NCBI RefSeq assembly: GCF_006345805.1
Contig: NC_043018.1
Span: 14,570,001-14,634,000 of the forward strand
Length of the DNA: 64,000 nucleotides
From: Octopus sinensis
Lineage: Eukaryota
Direction of reading: 5' to 3'
Made by a program: the position numbers and the translations under genes. Below the pieces are notes generated by a model. It searched no databases. It was given only the letters and a program-made list of their open reading frames with translations, and had not been told where the DNA came from. The first letter of the stretch is position 1, and each line of letters begins with the position of its first letter. Below are positions 22,627 to 36,330 of the stretch, one piece after another.

Positions 22627-25140
22627 CACAGGTCAACAAAATAAATATTTTATTCTCTGGCATAAAATATTGGAGCTGTTTTAGACTAATTTTTGGGTGC
22701 TGATTCCAAAACTGACCCCAGGTTTGCTCTATCGCATCACATTTTTGAGCAATCGATATATATCTTTATTTACCTGGATCATACCAAAAGTTAACTTTAC
22801 ACCACTATTTGTGAGAATTTTGGCTGGATTGTCATGGTAATTTTGAATAATATGTTCAAGCTGAGTTTTACCCTAAAACCCATTCTCTCTCTTTTTTTTT
22901 TGAGGTGTGAACTGAATCGCCATGATGGATACAACAACAAAACGAAGGAAGACTCCGATATCTTCAGTTACATCTGTGGAAACTTCACTACACAAGCTCA
23001 AAGGCGCAATATTAATAACTTTATCAAAAAGGTGTATCTTGCTTACTTTAAAGTAGCATTTGGGGACCAGGACAAAACCTGAGCTCTCCACAAAGTTTGC
23101 AAAACTTGTGTTGAAACTTAAGGATCATGGTCTGAAGGAAAGAATGCGAAGCTCAAGTTTGGTGTGCCAATAGTTTGGGGAGAACCAACAATCCATGCAG
23201 ATAACAGCTACTTCTGCCTTGATGATGCAAAAGGGTTCAATGCGGAAAACAAACGACACTTGCAGTGCCCAGATATTCCGTCGACCGGCTGCACTCTCCG
23301 AGAAAATACCTGTACCTGTATTTATTGAGCTGTCATAGATTCGTGATGAAGCCCTAAATTCGCCCACTACTGCTGAAGAAGAACGGTTTATACCCTCTGA
23401 TACAGACTGTGATAATTTGTTTTCTGTTTAGTCAGCTTGAATTGAATGATCTGGTCAAGGATTTGTATTTGCCAAAGCAGTCTGCTGATCTGTTGGCTTA
23501 CAGGCTGCCAGAGAAAAGACTGCTGGAGTCTGGCAATTGTGTTTCCTTTAATCGTGACAGAGAAGCAAAAGTGTGGAAGTTCTTCCACTCAGATGGTCAG
23601 CTTGTTAATTGTAATGATGCTGAAGGGTTTCTTCTCAATATGGAACTGCCAGTATATGATTCATTTGAGTGGAGACATTTTTGTTGACAGCTCTAAAAGC
23701 AGCTTAAAATGTGTTTTACTTCACAACGGGAATTTGTATTGTTCAATCCCAGTAGGATACTCCAAAAATGAAAGAGGATTATTCCAACATCAAGATTGTT
23801 CTGGAGAGGTTGCAATATCAGGTTCATGGATGGGTTATTTGTTTTGATTTTAAAATAGTAAACCATCTAAAGGGCCCAGCAAGGATTACCCTTGTTTTCT
23901 GTTCTACTGGGACAGTAGGGCTACAAAGATCACCGGGTGAAAAAAGAATGCTCCCCCCACTCAAGAAAGTGTGACGCCGGGTGACTACAACATCATTAAT
24001 GATGTTGATAGGAAAAACATCGTCTTTCTCCCACTGCACATATAACTTGGTGGGATGAAGTAATTCGTTAAAACTCTCCAAGTCTCTGTGTCGAGAAGGT
24101 TGGAATATTTGATAGACCGCAAATAAGAAAATTGCCAAGGAATCCACATTTTGTTACAACAACGGGGTGCGGTGGAGGATAGAGCCAGGAATGCCTTCTC
24201 TGATGTGGTGTGGAATTCCCTTGGGAATAGGAAAGCTGACAACCATCAAGAGCTTGTGGAGGAGCTGCTCTTGACTTTGAAAACACTTGGACGTAGAACG
24301 AGCATTAAATGGCGCTACTTACACAGTCACTTGGGTGAGTCTCCAGAGAATCCGGGTGATGTAGGGGAAGAACAGGGTGAACGCTTCCATCAAGATGTAG
24401 AAATAATGGAAGAACGCTAGCAAGGCCAATGGGACTCAAACATGGTAGTAGATTAGTGCTGGAGTTTGATGAGAGACATTTCGGAAGCTGTGTACAAGAG
24501 ATGATCAAAAAAGAGAAAGTTCTTGCAGTAAGAACACGATTGGAAAGAATCACCACAATGAATAGAGATTTTGTGATTTCGTATTTTATTATCATCAAGC
24601 TTAATTGTTGCGTGGAGGCGCGTGGCTTAGTGGTTACGGTGTCAGCATCATGATCATAAGATTGTGGTTTCGATTCCTGGACCGGGCGACGCGTTGTGTT
24701 CTTGAGCAAAACACTTCATTTCACGTTGCTCCAGTCCACTCAGCTGGCAAAAATGAGTAACGCTGCGATGGACTGGCGTCCCGTCCAGCTGGGAAACACA
24801 TACGCAATTGAAACCGGGAAACCGGGCTCATGAGCCTGGGTAGCCTTTAAAAGGGTGCATTTATTTTTTATTAAGCTTAATTCTTACAAGCTAATGTGCA
24901 GTTACTTCCACGACTTTGTGTTTTGATTTGTTAGATTAAAAAAAAAGAAATGACATATTGCTTCTACGTATGTTGAACTCTTCCTTTATGAGAATCGAAT
25001 AGCTGCTTCTAGCAAAACTAAAAGAATCTAAAAAATATGATGTGATAAACAAAATCTGGTGCCAAATTTGGATTCAGCATCCCCGAATTAGCTAAAAACT
25101 GCTGATAAACCACGTTGCAGAAAACGTGTGTTGACCGGTG
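22627..25140 (+). mobile_element. Chapaev3 (CMC) DNA transposon, near full length, pseudogenised transposase
   Basis: TIRs CACAGGTCAACA / TGTTGACCGGTG, 3-bp flanks CTA/TTA. Transposase motifs YICG..CKTC..FGVP.VW.EP..H..YFC; DSSKSSLKCVLLHNGN; LPLHI*LG.MK; LHSHL..PEN.G.V.EEQGERFHQD..MEER.QG.W; many stops and frameshifts. Confidence 0.85.
24607..24872 (+). mobile_element. SINE family C (V-domain-like core) nested in the Chapaev3 element
   Basis: GTGGAGGCGCGTGGCTTAGTGG...GCGATGGACTGGCGTCCCGTCCAG; TSD AAGCTTAATT at 24597 and 24873. Confidence 0.92.
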
Positions 25141-25211
25141 TTATCTTACGCAACGTTTCGAACATGAATGTGATGATGATGATGATGCTGATGCTGATGA
25201 TGATGATGATG

Positions 25212-25242
<31 letters not shown>

Positions 25243-26243
25243 CATGAATATTTAGTTTGGAGTCAGATTATTGAAACCAAATCTCACTCAGCCGAATAAT
25301 CCTAAACGATTCTTATGACTAAGCACCGCTTCATCAGTGAAAGCTGGGTTATGGGCTTCTTAAAAAAGATCTCACGACGTATCCCCAAAAGTTTCGGTTT
25401 AACAAGTGACTCTGGTTTTGTTCCTACTTCGTGTAAGTGTTTTCTATTGAAATTTCGGGCTGACTATTGCCTGGTAAATGAAATTTGGCCGACACAAACT
25501 ATGGAAGTATGTTGTGTGTTTAACGGTGTAAAATGGTGAATTAAGTTGTCTCACTTATGTAAAGAAAAAAAAACATGTAACAAGCCGTCCGATAAATAGA
25601 TATCGATAAAACAAGCTGAAGACTAAAAAAGTACTGGAGTCGATAGTGGTGCCCCCTTTCCATATAACCACAAATCAGTGACTAAAACCAGTATTAAAAC
25701 CACGCTTAGAAGTGTGTTGCAGTTGAGAATTAATGACAAAATTAAAAAAAAAAAACTGAAATGAATCTAAACCATTTTGATATGAGTTTAATAATTAGTT
25801 GCAGTAATTAAGAACAATTAATTTAAAGAAATTGGTTACGATTAACACAATTACGCCATTCCTAGACTAATTATTTTGGCAACAAAACTGAATCATTAGT
25901 TTTTGCCTAGTGTGCGCAAAGACATATACACACATATAAATATACATACACTTGCATACATACATATATACATGCATACATATATATATATACATGCATA
26001 CATATATATATATATGCATACACACACACGCTTATCTAATCGCCTAATATTAGGCTTGATGTTATGGCTATTACTTCGGCCATATTGGTCTTATCTAATA
26101 ACAAAAGAACTATTAAAGGGACATAACAAACGAGAGTCAAATAATGGTTATTAATGAAGTGTAGTAAACATCTTGGTGTTAGCTAATCTACGTATTAAGC
26201 ATGAAGTTCGAGTTATTATTAAGATATTATTAAACCATATATG

Positions 26244-26289
<46 letters not shown>

Positions 26290-26292
<3 letters not shown>

Positions 26293-26680
26293 TTTACTCT
26301 TTTACTTGTTTCAGTCATTTGACTGCGGCCATGCTGAAGCACCGCCTTTAATCGAGCAAATCGACCCCAGGACTTATTCTTTTGTAAGCCCAGTACTTAT
26401 TTTATCGGTCTCTTTTGCCGAACCGCTAAGTTACGGGGACGTAAACACACCAGCATCGGTTGTCAAGCAATGCTAGGGGGACAAACACATACACACAATA
26501 TATATATATACACATATATACGACAGGCTTCTTTCAGTTTCCGTCTACCAAATCCACTCACAAGGCTTTGGTCGGCCCGAGGCTATAGTAGAAGACACTT
26601 ACCCAAGGTGCCACACAGTGGGACTGAACCCGGAACCATGTGGTTGGTAAACAAGCTACTTACCACACAGCCACTCCTGC
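26290..26680 (-). mobile_element. SINE A, full length
   Basis: Complete family A sequence. Confidence 0.93.
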
Positions 26681-28139
26681 GACATATATATATATATGTC
26701 TGAATGTTTTAATGTCCTCTATTGCGTTTTTGTTCCATTTATATATATATATGATATCTAAAATTAAAACAATAAATCAATGAGGTTATTTGTTTCGAGT
26801 TGCCATCCGCTTGAAGTTTGTGTTAACATAGTTAATATAGTACGCATAAAGCTTCTAATCTCCTAATATAATAATGAGCGTAGTGTTTTTGTATATTTGT
26901 GTATATATATATATGTTCAGAATCACGCCGGACGCGGAGGCGGAGAGAAAATAGTAATTCAGTGAAGGAGAAGTAGTGAGAGTAATAGACCTGACTGAGA
27001 GGGAATGAGAGAAAGTAATAGCAATGAGAGAAAGGAAGAGGTGATAGCTGAATAAGGAAGGGGGGGAAACCCAGCGTTTCAACTCTGTGTGAGTATATGT
27101 GTGTGTGTGCACGTGTACAAGGGAAGTATGTGAATGTTTGTATGAGTGATTGTTATGTACCGTATTTCGTACCTTATTTATATATAAAATATTGCAATTT
27201 GCCGTCATTATTGATGGTACATGGTCAGCTAGTTACAAATAACGATAAGGTGAGGAAAAGGCAATATTAACTTTGTGACTGATATTCTTTTAATCAATTC
27301 AGTAAATACGGGAGACAGCTCTACATTTTCCTGTCTTATAAAATCTTCTCAGCGAAACATAGATTTATGATTGTCAAAGTAGTGATAGAATCACTAATTA
27401 CATATATAATTCTGTACGCAAGTAAACGTAAACAGGAATGCCATATTTAAACAGTTTTAATTAAACTTTTCCTGCTCACTACATTAAACATGTTTTCATT
27501 AACTGTAATTTTTTAATGAGATTACTGTAATTAAGCTTGATGATTTGTATGTTTGAGTAGACTATTTCATTCGAATTTGTGTGCAATATTGTATTCTCTC
27601 ATCATTACTTCGGCAAGTACAGAGAAGTCCGTGCTTTGCTGATGAAGTTCAATAGACAGGAATATGTCCAGAATTGCTTCCGCGCGTGTTGAAATGATTT
27701 AAAGCAATACTATTGATTGAGTTAATACTGTCTCTTCCACATCACACAAGTATTTCATTCACACTAAATTGAATATGTTAATACTAATTAACACAATTAA
27801 GCTACAACCTAGAAACAGCATTATTCAATTTAGCGGTTTCATTTTAGCCAATGCTTGGAAAAGAACTGCACAATGTTGAAGTAGAAAATAACTTTGAATG
27901 ATTCGAAGCAAATAATTTTGTTTGTAGTTTTTAGAGGACAGACGAAACAGAGGTCATAAAAGATGGATCGGAACCTGGCGAGAAGCTACAGAGCGTGATC
28001 ATGGCTACCAAACATTAATGGAAGCAGAAATAACAGAAGACGCCGTTGTTGGATGTTGAAGTCGATGAACCAACACCCCAAAAACAATAAAGATTTTGTT
28101 AAACGATAATCTCTTAAACGATAATCTCTTAAACACGAA

Positions 28140-28320
28140 AGTGAAGGCTCGTGACTTAGTGGTTAGGGTGTAGTACACGCGATTGCAAGATCGTTTCGAT
28201 CCCGTTTTTCATTTTGCTTCCCCGACCCAGTCAGTGGGTCGTGGTTTTGAGCAAAATACTTCATTTCACGTGGTTCAAATCTACTCAGTCGTAGACGAGT
28301 AGCTGTGCGAGACGAACTGT
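28140..28320 (+). mobile_element. Diverged SINE C
   Basis: GTGACTTAGTGGTTAGGGTG...TTGAGCAAAATACTTCATTTCACG. Confidence 0.65.
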
Positions 28321-28451
28321 TGGGAGCAAATATGAGCATAAAGCTGCTCTATTTCCACAGTCATTTTGATAGATTCCCTGAAAATCAAGGTGACACAGGC
28401 GACGAACAGAGAAAACCTTTCCCTCTGGACACAAAATCAATGCGAAAAGAT

Positions 28452-28566
28452 AGAACGATAGAATAAGTACTAGGCTTAAAAAAGCAAGCCCTGGGGGTCA
28501 ATTTGTTCGACTAAAAACACTTCAAAGCGGTGCACCAGCATGGATGCAGTCAGATGACTGAAACAA
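28452..28566 (+). mobile_element. SINE A 3' tail fragment
   Basis: GATAGAATAAGTACTAGGCTT...GCGGTGCACCAGCATGG..GATGACTGAAACAA. Confidence 0.75.
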
Positions 28567-28569
28567 ATT

Positions 28570-28629
<60 letters not shown>

Positions 28630-28631
<2 letters not shown>

Positions 28632-29455
28632 AGGTGCGGTGAATAAACTGTCGTCTAAATTACGCAGAAATGAAAGTAACACTGACATCTCATTTTAGCA
28701 GGTATATTTAGCAAAATTACATGAAAATATCCTGAACTTCTAAAGAGTAAATTTACTCAATAAAATCGCCATTGGCTTCAACTGCGGCCTCCAGACGACT
28801 TCGGAATGCTGCCATAATCCTTGCCTTCAGTTCATCTTTGGTGTTACAATTTTTGTTGGTCTCTCGCTCATCAGTGCCCCACACATAATAATCAAGGGGC
28901 TTGTTGTCTGAGGAGTTGGGTGGCCAGATGTTAGGTGTGATGTGGTCGTAGAAATTGTCTGACAGCCATGACTGGGTTCTCCTGCTTGTGTGGCATAGTG
29001 CAGAGTCCTTGTTGCCAGACACAGGGTCTTCCAGCGGCCACCCTCTTAACCCAGGGCAGCACTATCTCCTCCAGGCACTTGATGTAGACCTCCCTGTTGA
29101 GTCTGAGGGCGTGTGGGAAGATGAATAGAGGCATAACGTTGTCATCCCTCGTGATCAATCCAAACACCATGATGTTGACTGGATGTTTGATTTTTATCTC
29201 TCTCGGTACATGTCCCCAGATTGACACCCAAACACTCTGAAACATTCGTATTGAAGCCACCGGCGCGAATGCCAAGCAGTACAACATGTCATTTCCAAAT
29301 TCCTGGCAGAGTGAATTGCGTGACGGAGCTGTTTTTCTTACAGAAGGTGCCCCACTGACTCTACTATACTGTGTAGTCGACAAAATCAAAAACAATCAAT
29401 GCGCAAGCGCGAAATTAGAAATATAAAATGGCGACATGCTACCCATCGCACCCTG
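28630..29455 (-). mobile_element. Tc1/mariner maT-type (DD37D) element, internally deleted
   Basis: Imperfect TIRs CAAGGTGCGGTG../..CATCGCACCCTG; WQQ/DSALCH...WPPNSSDNKPLDYYVWG with 37 residues between the second and third Asp. Confidence 0.85.
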
Positions 29456-30214
29456 AATATACATATAAATTATATGCCCTCACATATCCGCACACATATT
29501 ATATGGAGGAAGGAAAAAAGAAAGAAGAAAGAAAGAAAGAGGGAGCGAGAGAGAGAGAGAGGGGGTTGAGAGAGATACAGTGTGTTGTGGGATTTAGTAA
29601 AACAATAATTCCGGTGAATTTAATATGGAAGCTGTGAACAGATAGAGAAACTTACCAAGAAAATTATGATAAAACAACAGATAAAAACTGCCATAAGGGG
29701 AGGTCGCAGAGGGGTGTGCGCTCCTACCCTGGCCGAGATGGTGGGTAGGTGCGATTATCAGGAAGAGCGTCAAAGAGAGATCTGGATTATCACTAAAGTG
29801 GTCGTTTAGAGGACATTAATTCTTTTCTCTTGCAAACTAATTACTAAGCCCTCCCCATAATCCCTCCCTTTATTCATCGCTTGTCTACACACACATGTGT
29901 GTATAAATAGCCTTATCTACATCACACATCTATTGCATATGGCACCTAAAATATATGTATATTGTTCTCGGATTTGGCGTTGTTGTGTTGTTGGTTTTTT
30001 TTTTGCCTCTCTCCTACTCTCTGTCTCTCTTCCTCTCTTCTGACATGTGTGCGTCAGTGTAGAGAAATAGAGAGAGAGAGAGGGAGAGAGAGAGGGGGAG
30101 GAAAAGAAAAAAAGAGAGACTCTTTGTATGTGATTAATAATGTGTTTGTGTGTGTGAGAGTGTGTGAGTGTATATTAGACAATGGATTCTGATGTAGTTG
30201 GTAAAAAACAATAG

Positions 30215-30700
30215 TAGACATACATACATACATACATACATACATACGTATACATACATACGTATACATACATACGTATACATACATACATACATACATA
30301 CGTATACATCCTATACATACATACATACATACATACATACGTATACATCCTATACATATATACATACATACATACATACGTATACATCCTATACATACAT
30401 ACATACATACATACAACCATACATACATACATACATACATACATACATACATACATACAACCATACATACATACATACATACGTATACATCCTATCATAT
30501 ATACATACATACATACATACGTATACATCCAATATACCTACTACATACATACTACAACATACATACATACATACAACATACACACATCACATACATACAT
30601 ACACACATACACACAACATACATACATACATACATACATACATACACACAAACATACATACATACATACTTACATACATATACATCCTAACATACATACC
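30215..30700. repeat. (TACA)n array with recurring CGTATACATCC variant units
   Basis: Direct reading. Confidence 0.95.
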
Positions 30701-30852
30701 ACCACCATCACCACGATCACCATGATAACAACAATAAGAACAATAGCAAAATATGATAAAATCACAAAAAAACCAAACAAACAAGGAATCCTTGTAGTTC
30801 ATCCTTCCCACCACCCTCTTTTTTTGTGGCGGTGATGATGGTGGTGGTGGTG

Positions 30853-30894
<42 letters not shown>

Positions 30895-30986
30895 TGTTGG
30901 TGGTGATGGCGGTGCTGGAGGTTTGGATGGAAATGATAAGAAATTGATGGTGGAGTTCCGGAAAAACAGTCCTTCCATTCCATTGC

Positions 30987-30989
<3 letters not shown>

Positions 30990-31024
<35 letters not shown>

Positions 31025-31105
31025 CTCTCTATTTCTGTCTGTCTCTCTTGAGCCTGCCTCTCTCTCTCTTTCTCTTTCTATTTCTGCCTGTCTCTCTTGA
31101 GCCTG

Positions 31106-31140
<35 letters not shown>

Positions 31141-31420
31141 ATTTCTGTCTGTCTGTCTTGAGTCTGCCTCTCTCTCTCTCTCTCTCTCTTTCTATTTCTG
31201 CCTGTCTCTCTTGAGTCTTCCCCTCTCATTCTCTCTCTCTCTCTTTCTATTTCTGTCTGTTTGTCTTGAGCCTCTCTCTCTCTCCCTCTTGAGTCTGCCT
31301 CTATTTCTGCCTCTCTGTCTTGAGCCTGATTCTCTCTTCCCCCCCCTCTCTCTCTCTCTCCGTATCCATCTGTCTGTTTATCTCCCTCTTTTTCTCTCTC
31401 TCTCTCTCTCGCCATTTCTC
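30990..31420. repeat. CT-rich minisatellite (TTTCTATTTCTG(T/C)CTGTCTCTCTTGAG(C/T)CTGCC(TC)n), ~6 units
   Basis: Direct reading. Confidence 0.85.
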
Positions 31421-31524
31421 CAGATATACCCGTAGGCACCAGCTTATCCCACTTGCAGATTTTGCCCATCTTTGTCCAGTGTGCCTTTCTTGATTTCGAG
31501 AGAAATTGGCTGCTTTATTTAGCA

Positions 31525-32120
31525 GATCGTGAGACTGTGGAGAAAATTTTTGATGGTTGCAGTGATGGTAGAAGGTGTAGTTGTGGTGGTGGTAGTGGTG
31601 GTAGTGGTGCTAATGGTGACTGATAAAGTAGACTGTGAGAAAATTTTTGATGGTTGCAGTGATGGTAGAAGGTGTAGTTGTGGTGGTGGTAGTGGTGGTA
31701 GTGGTGCTAATGGTGACTGATAAAGTTGAAGAGGTTGATGTAGAAGTGGTATGTGGCTGGAGTCAGAAACGAGAACTAGCGGTAGTGGTGGTGGTGGTGG
31801 TAGTTGTAGTGATAGTAGTGGTAGTTGTGGCGGTGGTGGTAATGGTGGTGATGGTGGTAGTGATAATGGTGATGGTAGTGACGTTCCTGGTGTGGTGGTG
31901 GTGGTGGCGGTGGTGGTGGTGGTGGTAGTGGTGGTAGTGGTGGTGGTAGTGGTGTGGTGATGGTGGTTGTGGTGGTGGTGGTGGTGGTGGTGGTGGTGGG
32001 TTGGTAGTAGTGGGTGGTAGTGGTAGTAGTGGTGGTGGTGGTGGTGGTGGTGGTAGTGGTGGTGGTGGTGGTGGTGGTGGTGGTGGTGGTGGTACTGTGG
32101 TGGTGGTGGTGGTGGTGTTG
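31525..32120. repeat. ~95-bp tandem duplication followed by (GGT)n/(GGTAGT) low-complexity sequence
   Basis: GACTGTG(G)AGAAAATTTTTGATGG...GACTGATAAAGT occurs twice. Confidence 0.9.
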
Positions 32121-32479
32121 GTGTCGGTGAGGCTGTGAGGTCCGGAAACAGCTGTACCTAGAGATATTTAGTTGGCAACAATGAAGTCACAACATAAAAA
32201 TAAGCAACACTTGACCTACATTGTGTATGGATGGAAATTATCGTCGGACAGAGCTTTGGAACAGAACGGAGGGGGTAAGATGGCCCGCAGTATGGTGTGG
32301 TGGAATGGTATTGTTGTATGAAACAAAAGAACATAGTATGGAATACAACAGAATACTTTTTGTTATTGTGATATGGAACATAGAAAAGAAGAGCAAATGG
32401 AATATGGAAAAATATGGGGAAAGGTGTGCAATGGAATGGAGCAAAGTTTCAGAATAAAGTGAAATAAAGTTTCATCAGA

Positions 32480-32690
32480 TATTTTTGAACAAATTTTCCT
32501 TGAAAGATCATCAGCAATTCTCACCTGGAATCGATTTTTGTAATGCTTTCAAGACTTATACACGCTCTGATACCGTCGGTATCTACATATCGAATTTGAG
32601 CGCAATCGGATGGAGGATGCCCGAGATCCTACAAGACACACACATAGACAGACAGACAGACAGAACGGATTTTTTTAATAATAGATGATA
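32480..32690 (-). mobile_element. Possible Helitron-type 5' fragment
   Basis: Reverse strand begins TCTATTATTAAAAAATCCGTTCTGTCTGTCTG, then CCATCCGATTGCGCTCAAATT. Confidence 0.4.
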
Positions 32691-33175
32691 TTTGTGCTTG
32701 TAACTATTGGTCTTGACATTGCGTGCTGATTGGGAAATCAAATGTCGTAACCTCAACGTCATACAAGCGTGTCGTTTGTTTTGCAATTTTCTGTAAAAAC
32801 ACATCCGGCAATTGGCTCGTTTGTGGATCGACAGAAAATCTTATAATAATTCTGCTTGTCATTGCGTTACTTAGCCCGTCGGTAACGCATTCACGTGATT
32901 AGTTGAAGGGAAAGAGGGCAGAAAGGAAAAGGGGAGAGAAAAAAAGGATAAGGCAAAGAGTGAGGCAGAAAGAGGGAGAGAGAAGCGTCTATGACGTGAG
33001 GTAGGAGGAACGTAATATTTATTACGTGGCTAAAAAAGTTAATTGAAGGTTGAAGAGAAGAGTTAAAATATAATTTTAGCAGGGGCGTGATGTTCTGATG
33101 GTGAGGTTAAAGAAAAGCAGAGAGGGAGAGAGAGAGAGAGGGGGAGAGAGAGAGGGGGAGAGAGAGAGAGAGAGT

Positions 33176-33223
<48 letters not shown>

Positions 33224-33694
33224 CAAAAGCGTTTTGTAACATATTAGGCGGTCACAGGAATTCATTCAACGAAAAAAATTTCAATGATTCCGGGATGGGG
33301 GGGGGGTCCCCCTCGCTCTACTCCCTTTTTTTCCGAACTAAAATAAGGGATTTGCAGCATATTAGGAGGTCAGGGTACTTGATTCCACTCAAAAATTCCG
33401 ATTTGGTTTTTTTTTTCTTAGTGAAAATCGTGCCGGTGTTAATCTAAAAATTTATCCTTTCTTTTTCGTTTTCACCATTGCAAGACAGGGGACTTAACTC
33501 ATGTTAGCAAACTTACGGATTTCACCGAAGTGGAAATTGGTAAAAGTTATGGTTGAAAATCGATTTTTACCGCTATCCGCAGGTGCCTTCGGAAAAAATA
33601 AGTTAACAAAAGCACAGCCATGGTCGCGACCAATGTCCTCCTAAAACTGGAGCGACATGCGTGCTAATTTGTGGACGTACATAAATTACATTCA

Positions 33695-33736
<42 letters not shown>

Positions 33737-33774
33737 ACACACACACACACACACCATACACACACACACACACA

Positions 33775-33820
<46 letters not shown>

Positions 33821-33989
33821 ACATCCTGCCTTTTATAGATATAGATAGATGACAATCAGTTTTTCCTAGAAGCCTTGTTACTCAGAATGAGCTCAGGGAC
33901 GTCTTCTTTTTAACTTCCGAGTAACTTTGAGTAATGCGATTCTTAAATCAAATTGTTGATATAAATAAATGTCCGCTTTCTCTTCCGCC

Positions 33990-34068
<79 letters not shown>

Positions 34069-34111
34069 TTCTCTCTCTCTCTTACGTATATATCATAGTA
34101 AAATAACCATA

Positions 34112-34474
34112 ACTCTTTTACTTGTTTCAGTCATTTGACTGTGGCCATGCTGGAGCACCGCCTTTAGTCGAGCAAATCGACCCCAGGACTTATTCTTTGT
34201 AAGCCTAGTACTTATTCTATTGGTCTCTTTTGCCGAACCGCTAAGCTACGGTGACGTAAACACACCAGCATCGGTTGTCAAGCAATGTTGGTGGGGACAA
34301 AACAGACACACACATATATATGCGACGGGCTTCTTTCAGTTTCCGTCTACCAAATCCACTCACAAGGCTTTGGTCGGCTCGAGGCTATAGTAGAAGTCAA
34401 CTTGCCCAAGGTGCCACACAGGGGAATGAACCCGGAACCATGTCGTTGGTAAGCAAGCTACTTACTACACAGCC
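34112..34474 (-). mobile_element. SINE A, near full length
   Basis: Family A sequence. Confidence 0.92.
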
Positions 34475-34796
34475 ATAATGAAACATTATGTCGAGGGATT
34501 ATTTTTTGACATGTATTTCTTTCAACCCGAAGAGCTAGCTTAATATATTCATAAATTTAAAGTTTATTTATCTTAATGCTGGCGTAAAATAATTTATTAC
34601 TTATTATAAAATAATATAAAATAAATTATTTATACATGTTTTATTAAGCTGAGAAACAATTGCCATCAAATTAGTATTTTCCAGGGCTTAAATAAATGTT
34701 ATCACTATGTTTCTCTCGCTATTTATAAATGTGTACGCTCCTTGTGTGTTTCCCTTGTATCGCTCAATATGTCTTGGATGATACAATAAGGAGCTT

Positions 34797-35016
34797 ATTT
34801 AAGGCGGCGAGCTGGCAGACTCGTTAGCACATCGGGCGAAATGCGTAGCCGTATTTCGTCTGCCGTTACGTTCTGAGTTCAAATTCCGCCGAGGTCGACT
34901 TTGCCTTTCATCCTTTCGGGGTCGATAAACTAAGTACCAGTTACGCCCTGGGGTCGATGTAATCGACATAATCCGTTTGTCCCCTCTGTGTTTAGCCCCT
35001 TGTGGGCAGTAGTGAA
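34797..35016 (+). mobile_element. SINE family D, full length
   Basis: AAGGCGGCGAGCTGGCAGA...GAGTTCAAATTCC...GTCGACTTTGCCTTTCATCC; 16-bp TSD ATACAATAAGGAGCTT at 34781 and 35017. Confidence 0.93.
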
Positions 35017-35265
35017 ATACAATAAGGAGCTTTTTTTTTATGAGTGCCACCAGATTAGTTGAATCCGTATATTGTCAAATCATTTTCTCTTCTTTCTCTC
35101 TCTCTTTGCATACATACATACATACATACATACATGCACACACACACATATATACATACACACACACATACATACATACATACATACACACATACATACA
35201 TAATACATACATACATACATACATACATACATACATACATAAATTATATATATATATATATATAT

Positions 35266-35296
<31 letters not shown>

Positions 35297-35784
35297 CAAA
35301 CTTACTTGGAAAAGAATGCGTGGCGTTCGATCATATAATAATATAAATAATATATAAATGGTGGCTACCCCCTCGTTATCGAGTGTGGCCATTGCACGAA
35401 GCTTAATCAATGTTGTTATCGTGCAATGCTTGTGCAAGAAGATTTTTTTTAAAGTGAGGAAAGGCTGTGCACTGAGTCAACCCTAATCACTAAGCAACAG
35501 CAGCCATAATCCGAAATCCGAAAAGAAGAACATAATCCGAAAAGAACAAATATATGCATATATACATACATATATGTACATACCTGCATATATATGTATA
35601 TATACATGCATATATGGGTACAGGACATAAAAAAAAACGTAGAACACAATGAGAAACGAGAACATTAAAACAAAAACATAGAAAACGAACTTTTTTTTTA
35701 ACAACCCGTTTTTTTCTCGTTGTTCACAAAAAGTTCGTTTCAGAACAAAGGACCAAGAAACTTTGTTGGTTCTATGGAGAAGCT

Positions 35785-36330
35785 ATGGAGGACCCTTGTA
35801 CTGAGCCGTCTGGACTACTGCTCTCGATTGTGGTCATTCCACACTGTCAAATTAATAGCGGAACCTGAGGCCGTTCAGTGATGCTACATCAGAAAGATTG
35901 CATCAATGGAACAGCTGAGCTATTGTGAGAGACTGAAAAAGATACAACCCTACTCCCTAGAGCAAAGAGGGGAGAAGTATGTAGTGGTATATGTGTGTGG
36001 AAGATCCTGGAGGGATTGGCACCCAACTTTCGCATCGAGAGCTATAACCAGCCCCGGAACTGAACGTCACTGCACTGTTCCAAAAGCCCCAGCTCTCCCG
36101 TATGGAGAGACGACCATGTACAGCAATAGATTAGAAATCAAGGGACCACAGCTATTTAACGCCTTATCAAAACGTCTGAGGGATCTTCGTGGTGATGGGT
36201 GTAGATATTTTCACGAAATAGCTTTGCTCTCCTGTTGTCCAGAGTCCCAGATGAACCTACATCATGACAAGAAACTCAAAAGAGGACAGCAATGTCAAAC
36301 TTCCGCCTTCACCAAAAGCCAATCGCATAA
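35785..36330 (+). mobile_element. CR1-group LINE ORF2 C-terminal relic
   Basis: LVLSRLDYCS.LWS..VKLIAE.EAVQ..MEQLSY.ERLK..YSLE.R.E.Y...GPQLFNAL.K.LRDL. Confidence 0.85.

Noticed and set aside
27934-28092. Possible terminal exon (..RGHKRWIGTWREATERDHGYQTL..*) with AATAAA
   Set aside because: Short, moderate acceptor, no recognisable homology and no linked upstream exon.
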